DNA of 64,000 nucleotides from Oculina patagonica (taxonomy: Eukaryota). Both the position numbers and the translations under genes were made by a program. This document shows, one piece after another, positions 1 through 13,202 of the stretch (position 1 is its first letter; each line of letters begins with the position of its first letter). The notes below the pieces were generated by a model, which was not told where the DNA came from, ran no database searches, and saw nothing but the letters and a program-made list of their open reading frames with translations. The stretch is from contig NW_027557518.1 of assembly GCF_052425735.1 (NCBI RefSeq), positions 1-64,000 on the forward strand, given 5' to 3'.

Positions 1-17
1 CTAAAATCACTGTGTAA

Positions 18-241
18 AGGAGCTACGTCACGGACAACGCATCTTGAAAAAGATGGCAATTTTTTTCAAGTTTGTCGATTGTAATCCGTCTTAATCTTCA
101 TCAGTCAAAACCATCCTTAGTTATTTTTGCGTTTTTATTGCTCCTTTCTTGTTTTTCTATTTTAGAAAACTATTATTTTAAGGTTTCCTTCAATTTGAAA
201 TTAATCAGAAAAATGACTTGAAATATGGTGACATTGCTCCT
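18..241. mobile_element. Non-autonomous TIR element (MITE), Kolobok-like
   Basis: Imperfect TIRs AGGAGCTACGTCAC / GTGACATTGCTCCT, flanked by GTAA and TTAA. The paralogous sequence near 1545-1560 lacks it. Confidence 0.55.
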
Positions 242-245
242 TTAA

Positions 246-1673
246 ATGATAGTAAATGAGTATTTAAGACTTCGTGCTACTAATACGCCATTTTAAAAGA
301 TATATCCCTTTCTAAATTGAGCTGTGGCTTTGCTGTGGAATGAATTTATATCCCTTTTAGGATCTGACTTTAAACATTGAATTTGACCTTTTGATTATTT
401 TGATGCTTTTGTTAGGAAATAACTTACGTACGCCCGCGTTAGACTTTGTGCTCGTTTTCCAAGCTTGCTGGTGACGTCACCTGAATGGGGGCTTTTTACT
501 TACACCACGTGACCCAAAATAGAGTAACCGCGCAGCTGAATAATGAGGTCTTGGAAGTAGGAACTAGTCGGCTCATCGTTACATTGAACTTTTACCATAG
601 GGTCAAGCGACGAAATTTACAAAAAAAAAAAAACAAGAAAAGTACTTCAAAGATAAAGATATCGATTTATTTAGGTCATAGTCCGATACTTAACCAGTAT
701 CCTGCTTATTTTAGTGCTACTTTACCTAAAAGTTACAAGTGTTTGAAAGTGGGCAAATAGTTAGCAACTATTTTATATATATCAAAATAAAAAAGTTGAG
801 AGCAAAATTGTTTATCTTGATTTCATCGCAACAGCATATTTTCTTAGAGAAAATTGATGCGTTGGATAATTCAGGAGAGTTTTTCAGTGCCTTAAACTTT
901 TGGTTACCTTGAAGGGTATTCACCTTTATTCCAGTAAAAATACTCCACATTATCTTTTGTCAGCTGACGAGCAATATATCCAAATTATAAATAAACGATA
1001 ACTAAACACCGTAGGCTACATTCGAGGACGTAGGTTTGAAAAACATCCACCATTATTGTTTTTAATTTTGACTAATTAAAAGCTTTTCAGATCATTCACC
1101 CCCGCTTCTAAATGTTTGACCTCGCGTGTATTTGATTGGCTGGCTGTGTAAATATTCCAAGAATAATTTTAAGATGCTTTCGATTATCCAATTCGTACTG
1201 TAAACACAACGAAAGCGTCTAAATATAAAGTAAATGGCTAGTTGATAACTTAATTAGAATTTAATTAACCCGACTAAGTTAGCGTGTCCTTTCATATGTC
1301 GGATATGGTTTTCTGACAAAATTTAAATTTCCTTTGCTAGAAGAAGCTTTACATGTGGTTTTCTCCTACTTATAATGGAAGTTTTTATTTTGTAATAATT
1401 ATTTTTTAGGTTTGAAACAATAAGTTGTCAAATTGATTCTCAGTCTGATTTAAATCACCGAAAGTTCAAAAGATACAATTATCATTCTAAATGATGATTT
1501 ATAGTTTCAGAAAAAAACAAACCATAACCTTTGAAATTATAATCAGTGTGGCAGATGATAGTAAATAAGTATTTAAGACTTCGTGCTATTAATACGCCAT
1601 TAAAAATATATCCTTCTCTATCCTGAGCTGTGGCTTTGCTGTGAGATGAATTTATATTCCTTTTAGGATCTGA
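246..1673 (+). repeat. Diverged ~120-bp direct repeat (246-368 and 1555-1673)
   Basis: Both copies contain ...GTATTTAAGACTTCGTGCTA...TGAGCTGTGGCTTTGCTGTG...CCTTTTAGGATCTGA. Confidence 0.8.
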
Positions 1674-1747
1674 TCGAATCTGACTTAAAATTCCAGACAA
1701 TTTGCATGATCGTTATTTACCCTGTGTAACATTGTAAAAATATAAAG

Positions 1748-1910
1748 GGTTTCCCGCGTTTCCATAGCATGAAGCGACTAAGAGTATTTTTTCTCCCCCT
1801 CGATTGGAAGCTAGTCCATCGCAGGGTTACCCCCAGCATTTAATTTGCCGGTACTAATTTCTGCACAAAGACACTGAGGGAGTTAAATGTCTTTCCCAAG
1901 AATACAAAAC
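1748..1910 (-). mobile_element. Degenerate SINE fragment, same family as 28951 and 39147
   Basis: Aligns by eye to 39185-39320 (TAGCATGAAGCGACTA...CTAGTCCATCGCAGGGTTACCCCCAGCA...GCCGGTAC). Confidence 0.65.
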
Positions 1911-3469
1911 GATGAAACAAAGTAACCTCGGCCATTGAGGTACAGCGCATTACAAGAAAAACTGCATGCCACAATACCAACAACTCTATTTACGGGGGGG
2001 GGGGGGGGGGAAGTTTTATGTAAACAGTACTATACGAAAATCTTAAAATTGTTAATTATCAGCGGCACATAATTGAATAAATTTATGTTAGAATCCGTCT
2101 TGCTAAAAAGTACAGATCACGCAACCTTAGTTATTCTATTATCAATATGGATGCCCTCACAAGCCTCTCCAAAGAGAGCAGAGTATATATGCGGCAGTTT
2201 GTACTAACTGCCCTTAAGTTGCTCTACGCACGCACTGCGTACCTATGTTTCTTTAAGACACTCACCTACCCGTCCCTAAAACAAGAATATGGAACTATTA
2301 TAAAGGGTTACAGAGCTGTAAAATTATAAAAGCAACTACCAACTCGACTTTGAAGTTAGTATTTTTTTAAAAAAAAAATGTGAGATTTTTGGTAACCCGT
2401 GTCAAATGTTCAATTAGGTTTGTTTAGAATCGTAAATAAGACTTTTGACCTGGGGTAAAAATAATCCTCCTTTTTTTCGAAAATGCATTTATTTTTCCTT
2501 TTTGCCCTTTCAATTTACATGTAGTTTGTATTTATTTCATAAAGTGAGTCCCTATGTTTTTATTGTTAGCAGTTTTAATTTCTCCGCGCAAACGTCATAC
2601 ACACGAGAAAGCGTTGTCCTTGTTATGTAAATATCTTATATTGATGTCTCGTTCTCAGAGTAAAGTAAATTAAAAAATTACCAGATTTAATCGTTATTGT
2701 GTTTTCATCTTTTTTGCGTTATCTCCGGCGCGTGTGACGTAATCTGTTCTCAGCTAATCCAGAACATTTTGGCTTGTGCTACAAGGGAAAAGCGTGTTTA
2801 TATCACAAATATTTTATCACATTAATGTTTTATGCATATAGTATCGTCATATCTTGGATTTTAGGTAAACCATGTTGCATTATTGCTGATATAAAAAATT
2901 TTATGTTATCAAAGACCCGAAGCGACGTTGCTTTTTTAATGATTACAAAGCCTTTTATTTACAACAACAACGTTTTCTTCGGTTCAAAAGTTCAACCGTG
3001 ATTATTTTAAAAACTCAAAATGGAAAAAACAAAACGAAACGCAATCAAAATTCAAATCATTAGCGAGAGTTCAGTGATTTTTCAAACCGCATTTTCTGCC
3101 GTCTGGTTAACATAATTAACTTTTTTTTACATTTGCATAAGTTTGATGCATGTTTATCAATAATTTTAATAACACTTAAATCAATTTAATTTGAACTTAA
3201 CGCTTAAAATCTAAAGGTTTGTTGGCTCAACAGTCAGTTGTGATTGTATACCAAGCGTGCGAAATCCGTCGGCCATTCGACAAGCTTTTCTCCTACGCAC
3301 AAACGAAAGTCTCCTGGATTTCAAACAGTGAGAAGATTTTCCTTAATGTGAAGGCGTCGGCTTATGAACAAAGCGACATTGCCGGACGAAGTTCCAATTC
3401 AAAGCTGAAGTAAAAATTTCCGAATTTTCTCGTTGCAAATCACGATTCTTCCATGCACCCGTTGCTGTT

Positions 3470-4803
3470 ATGATGTCATTTCAGTGTTTCGCTTTTCGAT
3501 CAGGTAATTTTTACTTGTGCTACAAATGAGTATAAATGTATTTCTTTATAATTAACTTTCGTTTTCACTGTATCATATCTGATGTCGTGGCTGTTGATTC
3601 CGTTTTCTCGTCAGAAAAGATGAATGTAGAATTTTCGCTATAAAGTAGGACCTTTCGCTACAAAGTAGGACCTTTTGGCCTTATCACAAGCCCTAGGTAG
3701 AGCCAAACAACCAGCACAATAAAAAAGCCTATTGTTTTTCTTTCCTTTTTATTCATTCCATTTCGATTCTTGATTTTATTTTTTATTTTTTCGGCTTCTT
3801 AAAGATTTTGCTGGTTTGATGTTAGATTACGTAACATCGATTAAATTGTTCGTCGGCAAAAAAACTAGGATTTTGCCGACCGGTAAAAAAACTAGTTGGG
3901 TTACAAAAAGTCGCTTTAAAATAACCTGCAACTAAAGGTACCATCCTCCTGTTGATTTGTGTCTCAATTCGTAATTTTTTGTACTCTGTACATGTCTGCT
4001 TGCAACAGCTAGTGCACTGAATTTTAATTTACCACGCATGTAAATAAAAAAAATAAAAATCTAATAACAAAAAAAGCCCTTGGGGTCTTGTTCGTTTCAA
4101 AAACGGGAGCCTTGTACTTAGAACCGGCTGATATTTACCACAGACTCTTTGGATGTCAACTAATTTTCACTTGCAACGAATACAGTTCTGTGTGTTTTAT
4201 ACTGAACATATCCCCTCTGAAAGACTGTAACACTATTGTGTTATCTTTGTTACAGAATCAACATCACGGCCTGAGAAGGTGCGAAAGCGGAAGAAGAAGA
4301 AAGAGTATGAGTCACGGAAAGCGAATTACTTAGAAAACACTGTGACCGTCGATAAGGGCGACATAGATATTTGTACAATGGAAAATAAATTTCCGACGGT
4401 GGAGAAACTGTCCGTAAGAAAAACATCTTACAAGGCTGTATCAATGGAAAGTTTAACATTGCGTGGCAGGGAGCGAGCGTGGTCGCGAGTATCAGCCATG
4501 CATTCTGACGACTTTTGGACGAGGCACTTTGAGGGTTACAATTCAATTTCGTGGAGGAGTTTTCGCGCGGCTTTTCTGGAGGACTATGGAGCTGTCATTC
4601 ATGACTTTGCACCACAAAGGATTCATTGGATTCTATCAATTGTACACACGGACATTTTTGCGGCAGCCGATGACATTCACAAGTTGTATTACGATAAATT
4701 TTGCGGAAAATCAGAACATCCAGATCGCCTTTGGCTCAAAATCAAGGAATATGCCTCGGAGAGGATTTTTCGTGAGGGTGTTATCGAATCTATGTTTGAG
4801 TAG
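3470..4803 (+). CDS. Two-exon hypothetical protein, 193 aa; join(3470..3503,4256..4803)
   Basis: ATG at 3470, donor CAG|GTAAT at 3503 and acceptor TTGTTACAG| at 4255 are phase-1 compatible. The 582-nt frame ends at TAG 4803, with AATAAA at 4865. It has a basic stretch KVRKRKKKK and an FW...F...W..FR motif. The first exon is less certain than the second. Confidence 0.7.
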
Positions 4804-5242
4804 ACTTTAGCAGACTAAACATAACAGCGTAGTCGTGATAACTATAAAGGGTCATTTGCAAGTGAATAAAGTTACTAGGAATTTTTAATCAGATCCTGCT
4901 CCAATGCCAATTTCTTTCTTTGGCTTAGTTCAATTTTACCCATGCATATGTTATAATAGGCACCCACTAACAGTGTTTTTGATTTCAGGGTGTGGTAAAT
5001 ATGCATTCAAGGCGATTGTTTGCATTAAAATATGCGTTTCCCAGCTCGTTGTTTTTTATTGAAGAATTTTCTTTTTTAAAATAAATTTGATTATCTTGCT
5101 CTGACACACGTGGCAAATTTAAGCACGGAAATCTATTTTTCTCTTCGTTTCACTCCCTGAATGAACAGCCGAAACTTTAAGAAAATGGTTGTTGTTATTA
5201 TTATTAAATAAAATTGACAGTTAAGGTTGGTGGTTTCTATAA

Positions 5243-5899
5243 GGACGTATATTAAACATGGACCCAGGTGGGGTGGTGGTCCTGGGACCATCCCTTATGC
5301 GTAAAGGTTTGTCTGGGGACAGAGTGTAATACACAGACTCACTGATCGTACTATCTATGTAACTGACGCTTGTTTTGCTGTCGGAGTAACGATGGGGCAG
5401 CAAGGGCAAGTGATGATTTAGCGTTTTCCTCACAGATTTCGCTCAGTATTTTTTTTTTTTATCAATTTCATTCCATAGCGAGTACAACGGGAAGGAATAG
5501 ACTTTTATTGTTACTTGGGATGCAGAAGATTAAGCGCTTTTCGTTTGGATTCGTTGCATGCATGTGACGCATGTGAAGTCAAGAAATGCTGATAATTGAA
5601 GCCTGCCTAATCGGGTGTAAACAAATACGTGTACGTACAAGCTACCATATATAGCTCAGAAACGTATACGACGAAAATCAGGCCCAGGGGTGGTCCATCA
5701 GGTGTCCATGGACTGGGTCTTCAGGTGTGACCTGTGGAGCTGGTATATAAGGTGGTCCGTTGTTCAGGTCCACAATGGTATCGTTCATGGACTAGGTCTA
5801 TAGGGTGGTCTATTGACCGAGTCCACGGTTCATGAGGTGTACGTGGACCGGGTCCACAGGGGTGGTCCATGAATCAGGGTACTTGTTAGGTATACTTCC
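5243..5899. mobile_element. Decayed TIR element with GGTCCATGGAC-type subterminal repeats (partial paralogue ~57960-58289)
   Basis: Ends GGACGTATA / TATACTTCC. Flanks TTTCTATAA / TTTCCATAT match 7/9, a possible 9-bp TSD. A degenerate GGTCCA(T/C)GG array spans 5688-5880. Confidence 0.4.
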
Positions 5900-7110
5900 T
5901 TTCCATATGGTCGTTGGCAATCGGTTGGCAACGTGAGGGAATTCAAAAGCTGGACCAACTTTAAGCAAGTTAACATTATTATTTGATGCATAAACTATTT
6001 GATGCTTAAAACTACACTAAAAAACTACACTGATCGTCAGTGTTCAATTTGATTATATGAAAATTAAAAAACACAGTTAAATTATTAGTGAACTATTTCA
6101 CGAGTGTATTGAAGACCGGACCTCTTCCACGAACTTGTTGAACATTCTTAGATTAGCCGATAACTTAACCAGTTCATAAATATTAATACACAGTTATTGA
6201 TCAGGTTAAAAATTAATCAAATACGGATTGTATGCAAAAGACGACGCATACATTTGTTTTCAGCGAGTCCTACATTGATCACCTTTCGCTCGATCCCACG
6301 TTTTACCTTAGTAGTAAGTCGGGTGAGTATGTGTTCCTTCTCTTAATTCTAACTGGTCAGTTCCTGAACTTCATAATTAAAGGCGTACCATCATCACGAT
6401 TAAAAAATTACAAAACTTTAAAAACGCTGACTGAAAAAAGTGAAAAGGCCTGTTATTGTACAAGTTGATCAGTAAAAAATGCAGCTATAGAACTGTCCGT
6501 TTTTGATAACTGTATACAATTACGTAACTCGCCAAAGCATATCGACGTTTTAATTAAATGTCTCCCTTAAAATGTAAGTGTTGTTTGTTTTTTTTTTTGT
6601 TTTATGTTTTCGATTTCACAGAAGCATGGATTGATATTTATTTTTAATTCGTGTGCGGTTTAATATCTGGTCGTTTTAATATGACCGTGGGACAAAGTGT
6701 CTAGACCAAAGAGTAGTATGGCAAACTCACGGTTAAAAGCATCAGAACCAATTATTGTAACTTGTGTTTGGATAGGTTGAGGAATACAATGTTTACATGG
6801 CTTGGCTTCACCTCAATTTACCGCACACAGGGAATTAGAACTAATTATACCTGATTATGCAGATTAACCCAAGAACGTTTATTATAAGTTTTCTACTTTT
6901 GTTATATTGTTGGGCTTCCCTGCTCCCTAAACTTGCCCTGCCTTTTGACCTTCCATGTTCTTTAACGCCCTGCGTTTTTCAACTTCCTTTGCGCCTTCTG
7001 GCACAACGTAACCTTTAAAGTCGTCCTTCTTGCAGCTGCCCAGCTGTCAGGCCCATGCATGAGTATCGCTTTTAAATAAAACAATTCCCTTATCATTAAT
7101 TTCCTCTGTC

Positions 7111-7117
7111 TATAAAA
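7111..7117 (+). promoter_or_regulatory. Candidate TATA box of GPCR1 (conserved at 59523-59529 for GPCR5)
   Basis: TATAAAA ~160 bp upstream of the ATG in both type-A copies. It is altered to TATGTAAAA in the type-B copies. Confidence 0.4.
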
Positions 7118-7269
7118 GGCACCCAGCCGACTTTTATACATTAACGCAACCTTTAAAAAAACCTGGTCCCGGATGCCGCCTCGTTATCTCACTGGTAACT
7201 CGTTAAATGAAAAGTCTTCCTGTCATGTAAGATTGATGCATTTACGAGCTAGCCTCTTGTCAAGGAAAG

Positions 7270-8199
7270 ATGTCTAACTTCACTACAAATGAAAAAACAC
7301 TCGAAGAATCTGTATGTTATACCAATCCAGACGATAAGCCTGCAGTGATATTTCTTTCAGTATTTAACTTTCTCTTTTCTATCGTCGCTTCCATTGGTAA
7401 TATTTTGATTCTGATTGCGCTTCAAAAGCCGTCGACTTCTCTCCATCCTCCATCGAAAGTTCTGCTACGTTGTCTAGCTTCATCGGATCTCTGTGTTGGC
7501 ATCATTTTACAACCACTGGTTGCCATCGTGTTTGTTTCTGTTGCAAACGAAAATTGGACTCTGTGTGGCCCCATTTTGGGCATAAGCTATGTGCTAGGTG
7601 TAGTTCTGTTCGGGGTGTCTCTGTTGACATTAACGGCCGTGAGTGTGGAAAGGCTTCTTGCTTTGTTGTTAGGGTTACGTTTTCGACAAATTGTAACTGT
7701 TAGGAGAACTGTTGCTATTGCAGTTTGTTTTTGGATCATAAATTTTGCTATCGCTGCCTGGTGTGTTTGGAATTATCTTGTTTTTCTGTGGTACGGATGT
7801 GTGCTGATACTTATATGTGTATTGACCGCTACCTTCTCCTACACCAAGATTTATGCTGATCTTCGCCATCACCAAACAGGAGTGCAAGATCAACCTTTAC
7901 AAGCACAACAAAACCAAGGGGAAACTCCACTGAACATTGCTCGATACAGAAAGACCCTTTCAAGTTCGCTGTGGATACAGTTTACATTACTGGCGTGTTA
8001 CCTTCCTTATTGTGTTGTAACAGCATTAGCAACCTTCACCGGTTTAACGCCGCCTCTTGTCCTAGGCTGGAGATTGACAGCATCTGTTGTCTTCCTCAAC
8101 TCTTCTTTAAACCCTTTCCTTTACTGTTGGAAGATCGCAGAAGTGAGACAAGCGGTGAAAGACACAGTCAAACAACTGTTCTGTTGTTCATCAAGTTAG
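7270..8199 (+). CDS. Class A (rhodopsin-like) GPCR copy 1, intronless, 309 aa, type A; melanocortin/adenosine-receptor-like orphan
   Basis: Seven hydrophobic segments. Motifs: TM1 GN, TM2 LASSD, TM3 ERL (DRY variant), TM4 W, TM6 CYLPY, TM7 NSSLNPFLY, helix 8, C-terminal CC and N-terminal NxT. ECL2 is very short. Confidence 0.96.
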   Translation: MSNFTTNEKTLEESVCYTNPDDKPAVIFLSVFNFLFSIVASIGNILILIALQKPSTSLHPPSKVLLRCLASSDLCVGIILQPLVAIVFVSVANENWTLCGPILGISYVLGVVLFGVSLLTLTAVSVERLLALLLGLRFRQIVTVRRTVAIAVCFWIINFAIAAWCVWNYLVFLWYGCVLILICVLTATFSYTKIYADLRHHQTGVQDQPLQAQQNQGETPLNIARYRKTLSSSLWIQFTLLACYLPYCVVTALATFTGLTPPLVLGWRLTASVVFLNSSLNPFLYCWKIAEVRQAVKDTVKQLFCCSSS

Positions 8200-9617
8200 A
8201 TATCGCAACAATTGACACCGGGACATCCTACAAGTACAATTGTGTTCGAGACGAAGTATTTACATTATAAACACGTTAAATATTTTTCCACTTGGGTGGA
8301 AACTCTGAAATAATACTATGCAGAGAAATAATTTGTGAAATACTGTCGCGTTGGGATCAGGAACGCACTTCAAACAACAACAACAGCAAATCGAATTGCA
8401 TTTGGTTGTAAAGTCTGGCCATGGAAAAAGCTAACAACAATCCTCCATTGCGCGAGTAATCGACAACGGCGATAAGTTTGCGATCCCTTTTCCACGAAAT
8501 ATTTTTAAATTACACTGTGTAAGTAAGGAAAGAGATTTGTTCGTTCTGCGTGCTTTTGAAGAACTGGTAACATTGTATTATAAAGCGACTTAAAAAAGGG
8601 AACAAGTATACTAGTTAAATTCCAGAGAGAATGGACATTCTTGCGTAAAATGCCGGCATTACCCTTTTTACTTTAGAAAATAAAATAAATAAATGCAAAT
8701 CAGCAAGCATTCAATTTAACTGTATGTCACGTCGCAAAATTTTACTTAAAAAATCAAAATCGTTTATTTTGTTAAGTGTCTCATTCTCGGTGCCAGTGAC
8801 TGGAACCGAAAAAATGGAACTCTAGGCTACATCTGTAAGCAATCTCATTGGAAATGATTGTTTTGGTTTTGTAGCAGCGAAACATATCTTAGAATTGAAG
8901 TTTAAAAATGAGATAAAAACTGCTAGAGGATGTTTTCGTATAAGTAATATAAATGCTAATCAGGCTATGTTAAAAGCAGATGATGGTTAAAGAGAGAAGT
9001 GAAGTTTTTAATTAGTACCCTTGACATGCAATTACTAAGAGATCCCATGTTGAGAAAAGGTTTGCCAATAGGATAAGAGATAACTCTGAGGGCAATAAAT
9101 GAACAGGAAATGTTCTAGTCGCCAGCCAATCATATTGTCACTCTCCTACAAAACACATCTCTTATTTAAAATATTTCTGTTAATAAATTTCTTTCTGTTT
9201 ATTCAGGCTATTAGTTAATACTCATGACTTTCTACCTGTTAAAGCAAGGAATAAATATAAACGGTTTAACTAAACGAAGCAGATGTTGTCCCGCTCTTTG
9301 TTCTACCTGTTAAACCAGCCGATGCCTCCAACATGTAAATACTACCTAATATTATCAGAGGCACAAATTTCAAAAGAAAAAGTTGAAAGACATTATTTTC
9401 CAAAAGGAAATAATTCGATGTTGACAAAAATTGAATGAGAAGGTACTAGTTGAAGCATTTGTCATTTTTTTGTTTAAGAGTCTAAAAGGAAAAATCATTA
9501 GTTTTGAATTTTGCTTAATTAACCAAAACTGCCAAAACTAAAATACGAAATCTGTCACAATCTTCACAAATCATGACATCATTTTATGCGTGTCTAATCT
9601 TTATACGGTAATTTCTG

Positions 9618-12174
9618 TCACACAATGTTAACACAATCATTTTGCTCCCTTTCCTTGTCACCATTTCTCAAAAAGCCCGCAGCATTGGCATCTACGTATG
9701 CGCGGTACCCTTCACAGTGATACGCCGAGAACATCCGGGATGTGAAGAACTGATTGGCAGTGCTGTGCTGTGGAAAGACGTTACAACATATCTTGGACAA
9801 CCCCTGGCAAGCTTGTCGGTGACAGCACTCGCAGCAGCAGAGGGTCAACTTATTGACTTCATCTTGTGTGAAAAACACGCCGTCGGGTGCATCGAAAGCA
9901 TGTACATTGGTCGAACGATTTCCATCCATTTCGTCACTGACGCCATGTTGTGGATCTCTTGGTACGATAAGTAGAATTTCTCCTTCGCCTTCTTCACCAA
10001 ATTCATCGCTTTGGTAACGAACCTTGAATCTGAAAAAACAACAAAGGGAGAATTTACAAACGGGATAATTTAAAGACTATATAAATATTCTGTACTATGC
10101 ATTGATTTCGGAAAACATTTAAGCAGGATGGGAGAAAGAAAGCGTGTATTTTATTTGTTTTCTGTTCCATTTTTTTGACTATTTTTCTAAATAGCAAGAC
10201 TTGTGGACAATGAAGAGACTCTCTTACCGAATTCGTGTTAACTCTCAAGGAACTGTTTTAATTTCTCAAGGGAATACTTTTCGCTGTGGGCCATAAAAAC
10301 GTCACTCAATAGGAATGCGTCAGCACTTCCGATCCCGAAGTGTTATCCATTGTTTGTGTTCTGTTTTTTCGATTTGATGCATGTGTTAACTATGGAAAGG
10401 CGATGACCTCAACAAAAGAAAAAGGTACAAGGCGGGGAATTTCGATGGCCCTGTCTGCGTCAGACTACAGTCTATAATTTTTTCCATTTTCACGCGTCGC
10501 TCGTCATCTAGCCTTTGCAAATTAAAGGTAGGTATTTTTCAAAGATCTCTGCGGGGGGAAAGGGGGGGGGGGGCCTTGGGGGGGGCCCCCCATTTATCGA
10601 TTGAATCGCTTAGTTTTACCGTGTCTGTATTTATATGACGTCAAATGATGCAAAATATTAATCTGCATTTCCACAATTTTCCAACGACACATTGCATGGG
10701 AAACATAACTGTGCTATGACGCTGCCATGATCATGGTTGGTTTAGTTATGGTGACGAACCTAGTAAGAATAAATTTTAAAATCATATAATTTTAATTTTG
10801 AGTATTACTTTAACATATACGTAGTACTGTTTATTATACTACACATGGTGGCTGAAATAAGTTGTACTGTCATCTGGTGATGCTGGACAGTGAAATTGTC
10901 GGGCATGAATTGAAATTGAACGGGCATGGACTGAAATTGTCCAACATCCTGATAATATTGTCAAATTTGACCTTTGTACTCTTGGATGTTGAAGCCGGCC
11001 ATTAGGGTATTTCTCGTATGGCAACCTTTAAATCCGTGAGCGTTATTCATGGGGTCCATTTTGCCACGTTTCCTCTAAAACAACCTCCCGTATAAAGCTT
11101 AATTTCAACTTATGCCAGCCTATCTCAATCCGTAAGCTAGTACTTGAAATTGGTTTTATACAAGCGTATTCTTTTACGAGAAGAGCGACGTACCAGATAC
11201 CTGATACCTACCTTACCCTACTATACTACTTTCATTGCAAATAGTGTTAATTGAGACCATAGTTAGAAGAGAGGACTAACTATGCTTAGCAGATGCAAAA
11301 TCGCCTAAGCAAAAAAAAGAAAGAACTACAAACTTGTAATAATGCTGCTTTCCTCCTGTTTTTGGTCTCACAAACTTCTCCAAGAGGTCGAAAATGATGT
11401 CTTGGCCGTCTTCACTTAGAAACGAACAGTTTAGCTTGGTACAAGCAAGCATCAGTGCAATCAAAAAGTTGTCTCCGTAGTATTGGTCGTCATGCTTATA
11501 ACGGCAGCGTCAACAACAACAATCCTTCGTAGCCTTCTCTTTAACAGCGGTAAAATAGCAAGGTTTTCAATATGGCCTCCATCGCTAAGCAGCAGTATTG
11601 GTGGCGGCATTGGGCCAGTGTTTTCATTGGAAAACATTTCTCTCACAAAATAGACGAAAGAAATGTGTACGATAAACCACCTGAATTGACAAAATAGCAA
11701 GAATAACGTATGTTGACTCGTGCTCAGGATTTGCCTTAACAGAATATTTTGCATGTCATGTTGCGTCAATAATCATAGGGTTTTTTAGCGTGAATTCATG
11801 TTAAATGTCTGTTGAGCCAACGTCGTTCCAAGTGCCCCGGGAACCAGATTGCTCTCGAGCTTTAGAACTTAAGAGTGAAATCGAGATTACTCGAGCCTCC
11901 TTGAGGAAAGAAAACTAGTTCGATAAATCGAAAGTGCGGGTATCGGAGGTAAAAGTGCAGTGTTCGCCTTATTGAGAAATTGGTAATACATTATTATTTT
12001 CATTCTAGCCCTTACCTTGCTAATTTCTCCCACCATCTTGGTTGTTCCGCACCAGTGTCGATAAGAACGATGAAAACCAGTACAAGATGTATGGCAAAGA
12101 AGCTTGTTACTCCTATCTTGACGGATTGTTCTGCATCGTGGTAAAGTGCCGGTATAATTATTAATGGAAGGCCA
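9618..12174 (-). pseudogene. 3' remnant of the lipase gene, unit 1: exon 5 intact (9618-10029), exon 4 frameshifted (11334-11680), exon 3 lacking its acceptor (12016-12174)
   Basis: Homologous to lipase A/B exons. Exon 4 is 347 nt instead of 345, a +2 shift at VVDGG that leads to a stop. Exon 3 has a ~35-bp deletion over its acceptor. Exons 1-2 are absent. Confidence 0.88.
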
Positions 12175-13202
12175 TAAAATTGCAAAATAACAGAAATAAG
12201 AAGGTTATGTTATGGAACAACTTTGAGTCATCAGATCAATAATCAGATCAATTAAAAATCTCTAGGAATTTAAATTAGAACAGAGGACTGAACGCGCGCA
12301 TTTGAAGGTACCATTGGCCAAATAGCAGACTAGAGTAGCAAATATTTCTTAGTGTATGATTAATTGTCAGGCTGTCTGGCAACTTTAAAATCTACCCACA
12401 ACCACGCAAACACCCACGTAAGACATATTGGAGCTTATTTTCATGTGCTAACCACGTCCTTTAATTTAGGCATCTCTCATAAAAAAATTACTGCATCGGC
12501 AAGTAACATATTTCAAATATGGATTGTGGTCTATCAAATGAGCCGCATCATAGAGCTGGAGTTTATATTAACTTTCTCCCCTTAGGACTAACAGGATTCT
12601 TCCTGATGGGGTGATAGATGGTTTCCATTGGACCACCCCGAACTTTCGAAACCAAATTGTACGTGTCAGCGTAAAGATTAGTCTGGGGACAGGGTATAAT
12701 ACACAGGCTTATGCCATTAAATATTCGATCACTTCGCACTATCAATGTAATTGAGGCTTGTTTTGCTGCCGGAGTAAGGATGGGGCGGCAAGGGCATGTG
12801 AAGCTTTAGCGTTTTCCTCACAGATTTCGCTCAGTATTATTTTGCAACGAGTTCATTCCATAGCAAGTACAACGGAAAGGACTAGACTATTATTGTTATA
12901 ATGAGATGCAGAAGATATAGCGCTCTTCGTTTGGATTCGTTGTATACAAAGTTTAGCTTTGAAATAAATATGAAGTCAAGAAACGGTGATAAAACGCAGC
13001 CTGCCTTATGGAGGGTTAGCGAACACTTCCACTGACTGGGTCCTCCGGGGTGACCCGTGGAGCTAGGAGTATGGCTCCTATACTAAATTCTGATTGGTCA
13101 TTTCGTAAACTTCATAATTAATGGATTAAAAAACTAAAAATAATTAAGCGCTAACAGAAAAGTAAGCCGACCCGTAATTGTCCAGGTTTATTAGTAAAAA
13201 AG

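Noticed and set aside
7470-8270. Alternative-frame and antisense ORFs overlapping the GPCRs, recurring in every copy
   Set aside because: They recur only because the host gene is duplicated, and they have no recognisable protein features.
8200-9617. Overlapping 3' UTRs between a GPCR and the lipase exon
   Set aside because: The candidate poly(A) signals (~8680 on plus, ~9200 on minus) leave a gap, so the sequence does not support an overlap.
9642-9974. Plus-strand ORFs MLPFLVTISQK... antisense to exon 5 (also 18573, 34984, 62259, and 54284 on the minus strand)
   Set aside because: These are shadow frames of the real exon. They are truncated in some copies.
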